DNA from: Auanema rhodensis
Taxonomy: Eukaryota > Animalia > Nematoda
Direction of reading: 5' to 3'
Assembly (NCBI GenBank): GCA_964057225.1
Contig: OZ059898.1
Span: forward strand, 8,866,001 to 8,930,000
DNA: 64,000 bases
Shown here: piece by piece, positions 11,201-24,302 of the stretch
How the letters are laid out: the number at the start of each line of letters is the position of its first letter
Numbering within the stretch: position 1 is the stretch's first letter
Notes under the pieces: model-generated
What the model saw: only the letters and a program-made list of their open reading frames with translations
What the model was told of the DNA's origin: nothing
Database searches by the model: none
Program-made: the position numbers and the translations under genes

Positions 11201-14200
11201 TATATTATCTTTTAATTCTTACATTGAAGCGAGAGCTAAGTGCTTCTTGCTTGCGAACAATGACAGGAGCGTTGAAATGTTCTTCATCGTTGAACTTGTT
11301 AGATAAATTGCGAATACCATCAATACGGTCATTGTGAGCAAGATAATCACTTTCCAAGAGGGATATCTTCTTTTGAAGATTTTGAACAGATACTAGATCC
11401 TTTCCATAATCTTCAGAAGCAACCTAAAAATTTTAAATTTTATATAGCACAATAAATATTATATACTTGTCCTTCCAGCTCACTTAACCAAAGTTCGACA
11501 TCTTCAATATTTCTATTGAATTGTTGTTCGTCCCCAGCTTCACGGAGCTTGGCACCTTTCTTATTAGCAGCATCAACGAGTTCATTCCATAAACTATCAA
11601 CTTCATTCAAACGACCACGAACCTATATATATATTCTTTTATTTAACTGTTTCATGCAACAAATCTTACATGATCAGCAGCGAAGTGACGTCCCTGAATG
11701 ATTTGTTCTCCAGTAGCGTTAATATCATCAAGACGATTGCGGTTTGCTCTAAGCTCCTGTTCGAAGTTAGTATGCTTTTGAAGCTTGCCACGAATATTAG
11801 TGGGATCCAGGTAGGAGTCATCTTTAGCAGTTTTCAGTTTCTCCGTGATCCAGCTAACCATTTCATCGCAATCGCGATCGAATGTTTGGCGCTTATAGCT
11901 ATCCTGAAGGTTGCGGGCACGTTCAGCAGCTCTGTCGAGAAGACGATGACGTCTATCTAATAGAGCTTGGCGGCGACGACCAACATCTTCAGCAGCATAG
12001 TGCTGTCCCTAAAAATTTAGCATACATTATAAGTAACATAAATCTAACAACCTGAATGAGCTTGGTAGCGAACTCATCGAGGGCATTGATCTTTTCTTCT
12101 TGAGCAGCTAAAGATTTTTCGAAATCTTCGTGCTTCTTAATAAGAGATTCAACTGCATCCATAGAATCTCCCAAATCATCGTTGTTCAGGAAAGCTTCCT
12201 AAGATTAAAATGGTATTCTAGAAAAAAGTAAGTTGCTATACCTGTTTGTTCATCCAGGTTTCTGCTTGCTCAGTATCTCTATAGAAAAGTTGAAGATCCA
12301 TGCATTGCTCGTATAAGATACGACGTTCTTCCCATAAAGCAAGAAGGCTTGCTTTTTCTTGAGCAAGATGTTCTAATTTTTGACGAACTTCATCGCTCTC
12401 AGGTACTCCGAGGTCGAGAAGATATTGTCCAGAAACAGCAGTTTGGTTAAAACTATCTTCACGAGCGTCGATTTCTCCCTTATGTTCCTGATGAATTTCG
12501 AGTAATGCTTCAGCTCCCGCAACATCCTTGGCCAATTCATCAGCAGAAATAACAGCTTTCATATCACACATCCATGTGCACAGATCGCGATAATCAGCAA
12601 GGAAACGATGAAGCTGGTAACTACGATCCAATGCTTCTTTGCGAGCTTGGGCCTTGTTCTTTAGAGCATCCCATTGGTTCTTAGCTTCCCTCATTTTAGC
12701 GGCGATAGCATCAGATCTATCTGGATGTGTTTCGGCCAAGCGAGTAGCCTCCTATAAAAAAAAGATAAACAAGAAAAATTAATCCAAAAGCGAACCTTTT
12801 CAAGCTGTTGCATTTTTCCTTCGAGAGCAGCAAGATCTCTTTCAGTACCCTCATGCTTTCTTTGCAAAGCTTGAACATTATTTAGATCACGTCCATAATC
12901 ACCGCTAGAAAGAGCGGCATCCTGAAAATTTAAAATATAATAACAAAAGTACACTTTGAAAATATACCTTTTCAGCAATCCAGGCCAATGTTTCGTCGCC
13001 ATCTCTATTAAATCTCTGGACTTGATGAGCTCCGAAAAGACCTTCTTTTCTAGTAGCTGCAAGTGTATTCAGACGATGCCAAGCTTCATTGACTTCATCA
13101 CGTTTCTAGAATCATTTTTTAAGATAAATATGAAATATAAACCACGTTACCTTATAAATTTGTTCATGCTCGGTGTGTCCATCTTCAACCAATTTATCAG
13201 CTCCTTGACTGATCTCGTTAATTCTACACAATATTGTATATATCATACATCATATTTAACCCTACCTATATTGATGGTTTCCCAACTCTTTCAAAAAATC
13301 TTCGAATTTTCTTTGCAATACTTCAACATGCTCTAAATCCATTCCCATGTCGTCGGCAGTAACATAGGTTTCTTTATCACGAATCCAGTATAAAACTTCA
13401 TCACACTGTCTGACGTATTGCAAAAGCTTAAGGGCTTGCTGCAGCTTTACTCCTTTGTCGCGGAGCTTGAAGAACAACTTATCCCAAAGAGCACGGAGTT
13501 CTTCCAAACGACTCTGCAATTTTTTCTTATACCATCATTTTCAGCATTACACAAACCTTAATAGTATCGCTAGCATAATGACCATGTTGAATCATTTGAT
13601 GTCCAGTTCGTTCGAGGACAATAATAGCTTTTGAATGAGCTTGAACCTCAGCTTCAAAGGCTTCATGCTTTTGAATCTTTGCCTGTAACATAATTTATAA
13701 TAATTCATACGTGTAACAGTTGTACTTTTTATTTTAAAAATTTTAAATAACAACGATCTGTGCTTCAGTTATTTTCCCCTCTTTCAAATAAAATCCATTT
13801 ATAGAGACTGTTTGATAGACCACTCAACAGTTCGCAAACACATTGACTTGAGAAGCAACGTAAATTGGAACAAAGATCTAAGACAGCACAACGCTAACCA
13901 GATCAACATAAAGCATTAGAAAATCTAGATATTCAGCTTATGTTAGATCAGCATTGACATTGTTGCAAGTTTAGGCCCCTAATTATTACAAATAACCTCC
14001 GATATATTAGAAGGAGATCAATCCAAGAACTGTCATAACTGATTTTTCTCAGTCGAATAAGATGAACACCGTTCATATTTCCTATCTCTTTTCTCTAAGG
14101 TGATCCTAGATAGCCACATTCTGACATAATCCCGAGCCACAGTGCGACGCCGACACTCTGATGAGTATCATATGGGTCAAGGATAAAAAGTGGTCAATCT

Positions 14201-15994
14201 AACTATAACAACTGGTACGTTATAAAAGTTCAGATCTTATAGTACATTATTTATCAAACGGATATAGATATACAAAAAATCTCAAAATTTTAAACACAGT
14301 AACAATTTGCAAGTTTCCTCTTGAAACAGCAATTAAAAGTATAGAAATAAAAACTGTACACAATGCGCTCATTTTTCTATCTAATAACTTAGCCTCTTCA
14401 CAGCCGTTGGATCCCCTGCTCAGTAAGCTGACTCATTCTAGTTCTCTTCTTTCACAATGCTGTAAACTTAAGCTAGCAGCTTATTTCGGTCTTTATAAAA
14501 GAAGATCAGCCTTTACTAGAAAAATTTAACGAGCAAACGACAACTCCACTAATTATTCTTCTTCAAGAACTCTTCAAATATCGACAAATCTTTCTAACGG
14601 AGCATGTGACGAAAAAAAATGCTTTAGAATTAATATTCAAAACTTATTTCTGTCACAATGTAAAAAATCGAATAATAAACCAATGATACTGATATTACGA
14701 AAAAATGACTCAGGACTCAGGACTCATACGTTTATGTTATCAATAGCTATCAACAGCTTTTCAACGGCTTTTCAGCCCAGCCCTGCCCTTCCTAATAATA
14801 ATAATGCGCCCTTTACAAACTGCGGAGAAAAGGAATGTCGCTTATCTGTTTTTCTGATGTTATCGTGCGAGCGGGAATAGGAAACAATCTCAACTGGCAC
14901 AATTACACGAATATGGGAAATACTATAGATTTGTTTTACAGAATTTTTACAGTGTAATGATGAGTAGCATATCAATGTACATATACGACATTTTTTCTCT
15001 CAATCTGTTTCGCAAATCCCAGATGGTAAGCCTAAGCGCAAAGTAGCCGACGAATACTGCATCAGCAATTCATTGTGGCCGAATTCAATTCTCTGCGGAC
15101 CATCTGGGTCCAAGTCGAAATGAAACGACAGCAGCTCTCTGTGAGATCGATGAGAAACTGCGACCAGCTCGCTGGTAGGACTGCAACATTTTGTTTAAAC
15201 GCCCTATACAAGGATTAAAGCAATGCGAAAGATGTATATTTGAAGCGCACATGATGTCTTGAGGTTGGCAGTTGAACAATACAAACTAATTGTTCAAAAG
15301 AACAAAACATTGAAAAATCACACTTTTTTCCTTGTTTGAAAACAAGAAATATAATACGAGTCCTTTTTCAGGTGGAAAACCAATGACAACAAAGAAGAGA
15401 ATTAGTTTGAGGACAAGTCACTTTTGCGACTTGAGTCAATATTTCTCTTCAAATTGAATCAGAACGTGAGGGTTAGGTCAATAAAACATCAACAAAAAAA
15501 TCAGCAATATATCTCAAATTCTCATGTCTCATGATTATATGACGGAGAAGAAAGTTAAAACAAAATACCTGAAGATTTGTGGTGTCTTTATATGATTCTT
15601 CTTGAGCTGTCTGAAGCTTTTCCAAAATCCATACTTCAAGTTCGTCGGCATCTCTGTTAAAATCATATATTAACTAACTATAATTTATAATACCAACCTC
15701 TTGAAATATTGAAATTGTCTAGCTTCTTCAAGCTTGTCTCTTTTAGATTTGGCAATGTCTTTGAACTGTGAATAGTGCCCCAAGACTTCTTGACGGCGAT
15801 GCTAAAAGAAATATGAAATACTCATGAATCAGTAATAAATTGCAAAGCGTATAATAAGCGAATCGAAACTTAAAAGTTAAAAAAAATGTATATTTATTAA
15901 CCTGGATATCATCTGCAGTCTCGAGAATCCTAATCTCCTGTGGAGGTGGAATTTCCATTACTGGCTCTGGCGGTAGACCTTCTTCAGCTGACAT
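5202..15994 (-). CDS. spc-1: Alpha-spectrin (complete, multi-exon)
   Basis: Starts [31 protein letters not shown]. Has many spectrin repeats (e.g. [25 protein letters not shown]), a central SH3 ([50 protein letters not shown]) and C-terminal EF hands (FKHFDKEKSGRLD; [10 protein letters not shown]). Ends [15 protein letters not shown] with TAA at 5202-5204. Confidence 0.98.
9962..9976 (-). other. Candidate 15-nt cassette microexon of spc-1 (TIMAQ)
   Basis: Minus strand reads attattttag|ACCATTATGGCTCAG|gtaact inside a 241-nt phase-0 intron (9812-10052); inclusion preserves frame. Confidence 0.6.
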
Positions 15995-16504
15995 TGTGAG
16001 ATCGGGGCACTAACTTAAATGAATAAAATGGAAAGGTATAACAAAAAAATGAAAACGAACGACATGATTAAAACGTTCAATTCAGCAAGGAAATGAAATG
16101 TAAATCAACACTAGCGTGCTATTTTACGTAAGTTTTAAAAATCAATAATTCAAGAATATTTAAGTAATATCCCATGAAAAAAAAGTAACAAATGGATTGT
16201 GGAATATTGATCGAGGTTATACAAGACGCCAATGCCGAGCGAGGACATTCGCATGATCAAGAGAAAAAGAAATATAGGTTAGGGTATGAACCATATAAAT
16301 CTGATAGAGATCAAATGAGAGGAAATGTGGTTAATATGAACAAATTTATAAGCAATATAATCAACTTTTTGCAAACTAATTTTGAAAACTAATAGGAAAG
16401 TAATATAACTGTCGAGATTTATTCGCGTTACACCATCACTGACGCATCAAGAATTGATGAGGACGAATTAATGCCTGTAGATGGATTGATCGATACAGAC
16501 GTAC

Positions 16505-16541
16505 GAATTGAAGTTCCACGGAAATAAAGCTATTGATATAT
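16505..16541 (-). other. Possible non-coding 5' exon of spc-1
   Basis: ttgattcag acceptor and gtacgt donor flank 37 nt. An acceptor (tttaag) lies 19 nt upstream of the spc-1 ATG, at 16014-16015. A CT/GA-rich, GC-richer promoter-like region follows at 16570-17000. Confidence 0.3.
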
Positions 16542-17485
16542 CTGAATCAACACAATGTATACACATACAAACGGACAGAAGAGACAGATAAATCGAAAAG
16601 AGAGCCACATATACTAAAAGAGAACTAGAGAAAGACAGCCTATGACTGCAGTCGTCAGCCCACACGGAAAGAGAGCATCGAAGAGGAGGGAGGCGAAGGG
16701 AGGCAGACAAACAGAGAACAGAAATCAATAAACTGACACAAGGGCACCCACAGCCGCTCAACCGCGGCCACATATGCAGTGATGAGCCTCCTTCGTCCTC
16801 TCTCCCCCAATTGCTTTTAGACAACCTCCAGCAAACAACTGGCCATAGGGCAACGCTAGATGCCGAGACTGGCTCGAGGAGGGGGGGGGGGGATAGTGAT
16901 GAAGGTGGACGAGGGCCAGCTGTTATCTCTCGAAACTAGAATGAGAGAACGGAAACGCTAAAAGAGAATGAGTAAACGAGATAGAACGAGAAGGGAAACG
17001 TTAAGGGACTTGCTAGTTACAGAACCTAAGAAACAATAAGAAAGAAACATTTGTTACTATGTAACCCACAAAGATTGAAGATAGCGAACAACTCTTTAAG
17101 TATACAGAAAAGAATAAGTTGAGCAAGCTGTCAAAATCGTTTTTTGAACTTACATTGGCAATTCTAAGAGCGATCAATTCCAGGAAAGGCTTCTTTTTTA
17201 TAGACTAATCGATAACAAGTCGCCGAAAGAGTACTTTTTCGCTTTAAAATAGAGATTTTGTTCGAAAAACTTTTTTTCATGAAAAGAGAGATATTTGCAG
17301 AACCGATGAAACCGTTGATGAAAAGTAACATTGAAAATAAAAAAAATGCTGATAAAAGACATTTATAACAGTACACATAGGCTCATATTAGAACACCACG
17401 CAAATGAGTCACACGTTAGAAATGAGATACAACTAATGTGATAATATGAAACAAAACATAAAAACGAAGTGAAAGGAGCATCAAA

Positions 17486-17912
17486 TCATTTTCTATTTTG
17501 AGCTATCTCCTTGCGAGAAGCATCTTGTAACAACTGAGTATCAACTTGCTCAGCAGGCAATTGCACGTATCTAAATAATCTATATTTAAAAAGCAGTAAA
17601 ATAATTATTACGCATACCTGACAACCGACCCCCGAATGAAACAATTCTTAACAGACATCATATGTGGAAACCTGTCAGCATCAGGAACAGTGATATCAGT
17701 AAGTTTCATGTTGAGGTATTGATCAACAGAATGCAAAGTACCACAGATACTATCAAACAACAGTATTAAGATATTTGGAGAACCGATTGACAAACCTTAG
17801 ATCGTTCTTCAGTTCAATTACCACATCCTTGCCAACAAGAGACTTGAAGAAAGAGAAAAACAACTAAATGTCAATATTGAATGAATCGTTGCGAGAAAAA
17901 AAAACATACCAT
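17486..17912 (-). CDS. lsm-2: U6 snRNA-associated Sm-like protein LSm2 (C. elegans gut-2 orthologue)
   Basis: ATG-only first coding exon (17910-17912). Then LFFSFFKSLVGKDVVIELKNDLS|ICGTLHSVDQYLNMKLTDITVPDADRFPHMMSVKNCFIRGSVVR|YVQLPAEQVDTQLLQDASRKEIAQNRK*. Confidence 0.96.
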
Positions 17913-18056
17913 TATATTGTATGTACTAACTAAAGGATTCTGCCTGAACCAAGAAAAAATAAAGAAATAAAAACAGTAATAACCAAATAATACCAAAGGC
18001 ATTTACCCCTAACCAATAAAAATAGGTGTGTTTGAAAAAAAAACAAAAAAAATTTA

Positions 18057-19234
18057 TTAGAATGCTTTCCACCATTGTATTGTCATATAGTGGGGAATAT
18101 GATTGTCACTGGACACAAATGCTAATAATACCGTCTTCTTCACCTGTGTGGCTACTCGAGAAAGACTAATTAATTCTGTTGGAGCAATTGAATCATCACT
18201 GTCTGCACATTTCACCAGAAATTTCGCATGTACTTCGCCAGGTAATCCTGCGAAACATTGTCAAGTAAGCATAAATAGCACAGTTATACCTTCGTAAGCC
18301 AAATAGTTACAACCAAAACGCAATCCTGCAGTTAAGTAAAAACCTCTTCTCCATAAATCATGAAATACTAGACGTTTAATTCTATATTCCCTCGTGCAAG
18401 GAACTGGTAGATGGAAGGAATCAAAATATTCAAAACTTTCGCTTTTATTAGGACCTGGAAATTACTATATATATAAAAAAGACGTAAAACCGTTGCTTTC
18501 ACTTACAAAAAGGTAAATTGATCCTATCATCTACTATTGCTGATGGCTCAAATTCATTCAGAACAGCATTGACTTCCTCTTCAGTAACAGCAACGCCATT
18601 CAGATCATTGGCTTTAATCTTAAAAAAATCTAATAACCTAACAAACTTCTGAACCTACTTTTAACGCTTTTGCATTTCCTCCACAATTCATCTTACGCTT
18701 TAGTTCTTTTGCTTTTCTACCAATCGCAATCTTTCTAGCTTTTTCTAGACTACACTACAAATATTATAATAATAGAAGTAAAACATTACTTTTTCTTACC
18801 TCCATATTTTGCTTTTTATGAGCAGTAGGTTTGAACAAATCTGCTTCATACTCGTTTTCGTCCTTCAATTTTCTGACAATTGCATATCCTAAATAACAAC
18901 TGAAACTAAATGAAATATACAAGTGAAAGTTTAAAAAAGTAAATACCATATTGCAGAAGGGTTAAAACTTGTTCACTTAAAAGCTTAAACGGTGGACTAG
19001 GTTTATCATCTGACGACACAGCTAAGGAAAGCGATTCGAAACACATTCGGAATTTGAGTTTTAAAACATCAGCATCTTATATATAAGTGTAATATTTATA
19101 ATATTCACAAATCCACAATTACCTTCTTGATTAAATAAAAAGTATGAATCATTTACTAGGTCTATGGTTACTTTTCGATCGGGTGAAGTATCAACAGGAA
19201 TATAGTTTTGTGGAATACCTGCAGCAACTTCCAT
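18057..19234 (-). CDS. tsen-34: tRNA-splicing endonuclease subunit Sen34
   Basis: C-terminal catalytic domain DLWRRGFYLTAGLRFGCNYLAYEGLPGEVHAKFLV...RVATQVKKTVLLAFV..PHYMTIQWW keeps the Tyr/His/Lys triad. N-terminal PFKLLSEQVLTLL resembles Sen34 PLLLMPEEARLL. ATG follows a ttcag acceptor. Confidence 0.85.
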
Positions 19235-19361
19235 TTTTCTGAATTCAAAATTATTGAAATTTAAGTAAAACGATATTAAGACAATCTATACAGTATAAAC
19301 GAAAAAGGTTAACAAAACTGAAGCTATGAGAATGTTGTTTAAAATGCCATTTTCATGAGCA

Positions 19362-19572
19362 CCGCCCCTTCTGCCGATTTGCGCATACTTTAGTTGACAC
19401 TAATATACCATTTAAAGTTTTGAATGAAGAAAAATTAGGTTTTCAAACATAAATATTATAAACATACATATTTTATAAATTGTTTACTATGGGTGATTCA
19501 CATCTAATTTGAAGGACAACGCTTCGATACTTATGGTATGTAAAACTTTGCGCAAATCGGCAAAATAGGCGG
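19362..19572. repeat. 24-bp inverted repeat pair (MITE relic or promoter element) upstream of tsen-34
   Basis: ccgccccttctgccgatttgcgca (19362-19385) versus tgcgcaaatcggcaaaataggcgg (19549-19572): 21/24 reverse-complement matches with a 14-bp perfect core. GC-rich arms, AT-rich spacer. Confidence 0.75.
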
Positions 19573-20623
19573 GGTTGTAATATTCATCCTTCACTGGAAT
19601 ATGTATCGAACTCATGTTTTAATAAATATTAAGTTAGTCTACTGTTTTTTTCATCTTGGTTTCCAAAGATGAAATTCAAAAAAACTATTTCCACTGATCA
19701 GTGAAGCTTTTTATAGTAAGAAATGCTATTATTCTTCGTTTCTGCAACGAAGCGCTGTATCAAACCAACTCTCCTTTTTCCTCAAAAAAAATCTAAGGGG
19801 AATTTAGAGCTGTTTTTTATTTCATAAAAATAGAGTCTTCTACACTTCAGAGCTTTAATAAGCGCACATAAAAATTTACTCCTTAAAAAAAATGAAACTA
19901 AATACATACAGTCCTGTGCGATGAAGGTTGCACACCCACTAGAAACCCTTATATCTTTTCAGACAAACGACAACAATTCAGAAAAAATATATTTTGAATG
20001 TTAAAAAACGATAATGAATTCAGAAAAAATCTTCAAAGTTTTAAAAATCATGTTTAAGAGTATTTTCTGAAGTCTCCGAAATTTTCATAAACTGCTTAAA
20101 GTCTTTTTTCATGAATTTCAGAAGTTTCATCAAGATTTCAGAAATAATCTTTTGGTAGAATGTTAGGAGTACACTAAACGTCTATATTTCATTTGAATTG
20201 GAGAATTTGATTGTACGTTAACCAAGTTCTCTTTATAGATATTCAGTAAGATTCAGATGCTGAAGCTTACTTGTTTGAAGCTATGCCATAGGAAAAACTT
20301 GACTGTACATCTGTGCCTCTGCTAGGATATAAATACTTAACACTTCCGAGAAGACAACTTAGAAAATCTTTATAAAGTGCTATTATTGTAAAAATTGCAT
20401 AAGAAATTTCCATAATGTTCTATAAAAAATGAAGACAAGAGGTGAGTATTAAAAACATTAAAATTAGTATCATCAATACTAAATACAAAGCTCTACTTCA
20501 TGTTATGTCATGTACCCGAAACCCAGAACATAGGGTTAGTTTAATCACAATAAGAAAAATAGATAAACTCTATCCCAATATACAAATATACAACATTAAG
20601 ATAAATATAATCTTTAAGCCAAC

Positions 20624-23395
20624 TTATAAACTTTTTTTATCAATTACTTTCATTTCCGTGGGGCTCAATTTCAAAACCATGCCCATGGCTTTCAGGATAT
20701 TTTTAGCACCAGAAATATTATTACAGCTAAGGTACTGTACAAAAATATTTCGAAGATACTCCAATTCACCACCAGACGAAATCAGTTTCAATTTGTCTTA
20801 AATAAAAATCCTATTAGGTATAAGACCTAAAAACATACTTTCTAAAACTCTGACATGTTCATTTAGTTTCTCAACCGTTTCATGACTACTCAAATCTTTG
20901 CATAATGATGATTGTTCTAACTCACGAATACGGAACTCGAATTTATGAAGCGAATTTCTGAAAACAACATATATGAAAACATCATCATGATAATAGTACC
21001 TCATTTCTTGAATTTCTTTTTCTTTCTTTGCTAGTTCTTCTTCATAATAAATATTTCTAGTTTCATTAACATTTGGTAATGAAACATCATGAAACTCTGA
21101 GAAGGAAAATATTATTAAACAATAAATTTTGAACGTGGAAGAACCTCCAGAAGTTCCTAATATATCAGCACTGGAAACAGAAACAGCATCTAAACTTCGG
21201 CGAGAACCACTGCTATATTTCCGATCAACAAATTTCTTATATTCACTTGATTTTCTTTTAGAACTTCGACCAGTAATTTGGGCAGGATCGGCGGGAGCTG
21301 TGTTTAGCTGCTCTGATCTTACAGATACTAGTATAGATCGAAAAAAGTTATGTTTACAAAAAGATGATAGATTAGAAATAAACCTGGTCGCTTCCAATTC
21401 TCTCTCCTTCTCAGCCAAGATTTCCAGAGTTCGGTTTCTCTGTTTCTGCATTTCGGACTCCATTTCAGCAACTAGAGAAATATTATATTTGGAAATTTAA
21501 CAGACAGCTTAAAATACTTTTTCCTTGCATTTCTTTACGCATCTGGAGTCGACACATTTCTTCACTTCTCTCTAGCTCAGAAATTCTTTCCCTCATATTT
21601 CGAGTAGTCTAAGATTATAACAATAATGTGTACGGTATTTTTAGCTAACCAATTCGTATTGCGCCTGATCAGTAGAATGAGCAACTTCTAAGTTTCTAAT
21701 TTTGTCATGCAACTGACTAACAAGAGCCCTCAGACCTGTGTCATCCTTTTCTTCTGGAGAGGACGACTGGAAATCAATTAACAAAATTTTATAATCTGTA
21801 AAAAATCATACTCGAACTCTTAGGACAGCTTCAGCTTTCAACTTGTATTTCTCGAATTCATCCGACAATTTGTCAAATTTAGATTTAATTTCAAGATGGT
21901 GAGGATTAGGATCTAATATTTCTGAAAAGAAACATTTTACAAAGCATTAAATGAAGAAATATTTACCAAATATGTCAGTTCCTTCTTTGAGTAAAGCTTT
22001 ACCTAATGATGAAAACTGCTTCCTTAGATCCTGATCACAATGTGAATGAGCAGAAGTCTCCATTTTCTCAATCAACTAAAATAGTAAATTACACACTTTC
22101 TAAACCGTAGTATTACAATTCTTAAATCCTTGTTTTCATTAGTTGATTTACGCAGTTGCTCAATTGCTTCATATTTCTCGCGCTCACATTCAGCAACCCG
22201 TTCAGTCAACCTTTGAGTAGCCTCCTAAAAAGAAACAAAGAGAGTTCAAGAAAAAGAAATTAATTATGAATGTATAAATTATTGAAAACGATATACCTCC
22301 AACTCCGAAATTCTCAAATTAACTTGCTTATCCAAAGAAGAACTACTTTTTCCTAAGGATAACCGTTCTTCAAGCTCCTTTTTAAATTCAACCTTATAAA
22401 ACTATCTTTAGTATAACTATAATCATAATATTCACCTTTAAGTTTGCCATTTGATCTTGTAGCAGTTGTACAGTAGGTGATCTGGCTGCCTTTGCTTTCC
22501 ATTCCTCATTTTCTCTTTTTAATTTTACTATATGTTCCTAAACATTATAATAGTAAGACATTGTATATTGTATATATAGCGTTACTTGGAACTCTTTTTC
22601 TTTAAGTTTGAAATTGGAAGGAAGATCATTTTTTTCTTGAAGTTTTTTATATAACTCCACAATCTGCAAAACGTACAACACGTAAATAAAATCACTACAC
22701 AACAGCACCTGAGAATGAGCGGATTCGGCAGAAAGTTTCTCTTTAGCAAATCTTTGTTGCATTTCAGCAAGAACATTCCCATGATCAGTTAGCTCACGCT
22801 CTCGGTCTGCTTCTATCCGTTTCACTTTTTGTGATAAATCCTAAGCATTTGTTATACATTTTGTTATTGTTGAAAAATTACTTTTATAATCTTCTCCATT
22901 TTTTCTGCTTGGCCTTCAGCATCATCAGCAGCCTGTTTAATTTTTTCTTTAAGGTTCTCGTTTTCTCCCTGGAATATAAAAGTTTGAAAACTATAAATAT
23001 ATTAACTACTGACCAGCAATGCTTTTTTATCTTGTTGTAGGGCAGATTCTCGCCTAACTTTTTCTTTAGTCAAAACAGCTAATGCATCTTTAAGCCCCTG
23101 TACAGTGTTATGCTGAAACCCTAATGATTAAGAAGCAATATAATCTATATATACATCATGTTCAGTCGATACAGTTGAGCCTTCCGATTGATCAGTTAGT
23201 TCTTCTTTTTGAAATGATTCTACAACGCTTTGCAAGGCATTTTTTTCAGATTCCAAGCTTTTATAAGCTCGAACAACATCTAGAAATTATCATAAAATTA
23301 AATAATATAAATTTAAAACCTCTAAGTTTTTTTTCATATAAATTAAGTTGTTTATGCTGCTCCTCTAATTTATTCTCTAATTCCCTTTTACTCAT
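20624..23395 (-). CDS. gcc-1: GRIP and coiled-coil domain golgin (GCC1/GCC88-like)
   Basis: N-terminus MSKRELENKLEEQHKQLNLYEKKLRDVVRAYKSLESEKNAL matches the GCC1 DVVRAYKSL motif, followed by long coiled coil. C-terminal GRIP domain ELEYLRNIFVQYL...ILKAMGMVLKLSPTE; TAA at 20624-20626. Confidence 0.88.
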
Positions 23396-23605
23396 CTAAA
23401 ACCACAATGTTTATATAAATATATAAAAACTGAGAGTTAAGGTATATGCAGATTTAACTGAGTGTCTTGAAGAACAAATCGAATACAAAAAATTTATTAT
23501 CATATGAAACAGAATCAACATTATTAAAACTAGAAGTAAGAACTAGGGAATTTTCGATAAATTAATGAACATAAGTTAATTTAAATTAGAAGGAAATGGA
23601 TAAAA

Positions 23606-24082
23606 TCAATATACGTGAACCATACCGTACAAGAATACCCAGAAGAGAATATAAGTAAATAAACCTCCCACTAGAGAATGTGTCAACGATAGTGATCTAT
23701 CAACAAAATAAGATTTCCATTCAAACCCTGCCTTAGCTTCCCAAACAGCACCCTAAAATGGATAAATTATGTTTAAAAAAAAGAATTACAAACCTGAACT
23801 AGCACTGTGATAAAATAAAAAATAAATCCGTGAAGACTAGTTAAACCCAATACTCCTAAATAAATCGTTAAAACTGGATTTCTCAATTACCATACCTGCA
23901 GCAATTCCAGCGGCAGCAGATTGGCATGTTCGAGCATATTCCAGAGAACTAAAGTTATTACGAATAGCAGTTTCACTAAAGAAATGACGTTTTATTAATA
24001 AATAAATATGAATGAACCTATACACAACCGAGTCTTTTAGTTTATCAGCAGCAGGTTTGCTTATAGATTTCTTAGGTGCCAT
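23606..24082 (-). CDS. emc-6: ER membrane protein complex subunit 6
   Basis: MAPKKS...[29 protein letters not shown]|[14 protein letters not shown]..|[16 protein letters not shown]...[20 protein letters not shown]; the C-terminus is the EMC6/Rab5ip family signature. Confidence 0.95.
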
Positions 24083-24287
24083 ACTGTTTAGCTACAAGGG
24101 ATATAATAAAAAGCTTAAAAATATGAATTCTGGCAAGTTAAAATATGAATAAATACAAGGCAATTAATGATCACCAATTACGATTTGTTATAAAATAATA
24201 AAACAATCCGAGAACATATCACAATCAGCAAGAGGAAAAACCGATTTATAACTATAAATACAAGTGTCGCGTATATAAAATAGACGA

Positions 24288-24302
24288 CAATGGAGCGCGT
24301 TT
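24288..24302. promoter_or_regulatory. CAATGGAGCGCGTTT promoter-like motif upstream of emc-6
   Basis: Rare CG-rich word in very AT-rich DNA, ~200 bp upstream of the emc-6 acceptor. Resembles the TGGAGCGCRYTT motif recalled from C. elegans germline/housekeeping promoters. Confidence 0.45.

Noticed and set aside
15027-15037. taagcctaagc, nematode telomere-like (TTAGGC) word
   Set aside because: Under two units; expected by chance.
16881-16892. G12 run (and C13 at 52542-52554) as G-quadruplex/fragile sites
   Set aside because: Short homopolymers with no further supporting structure.
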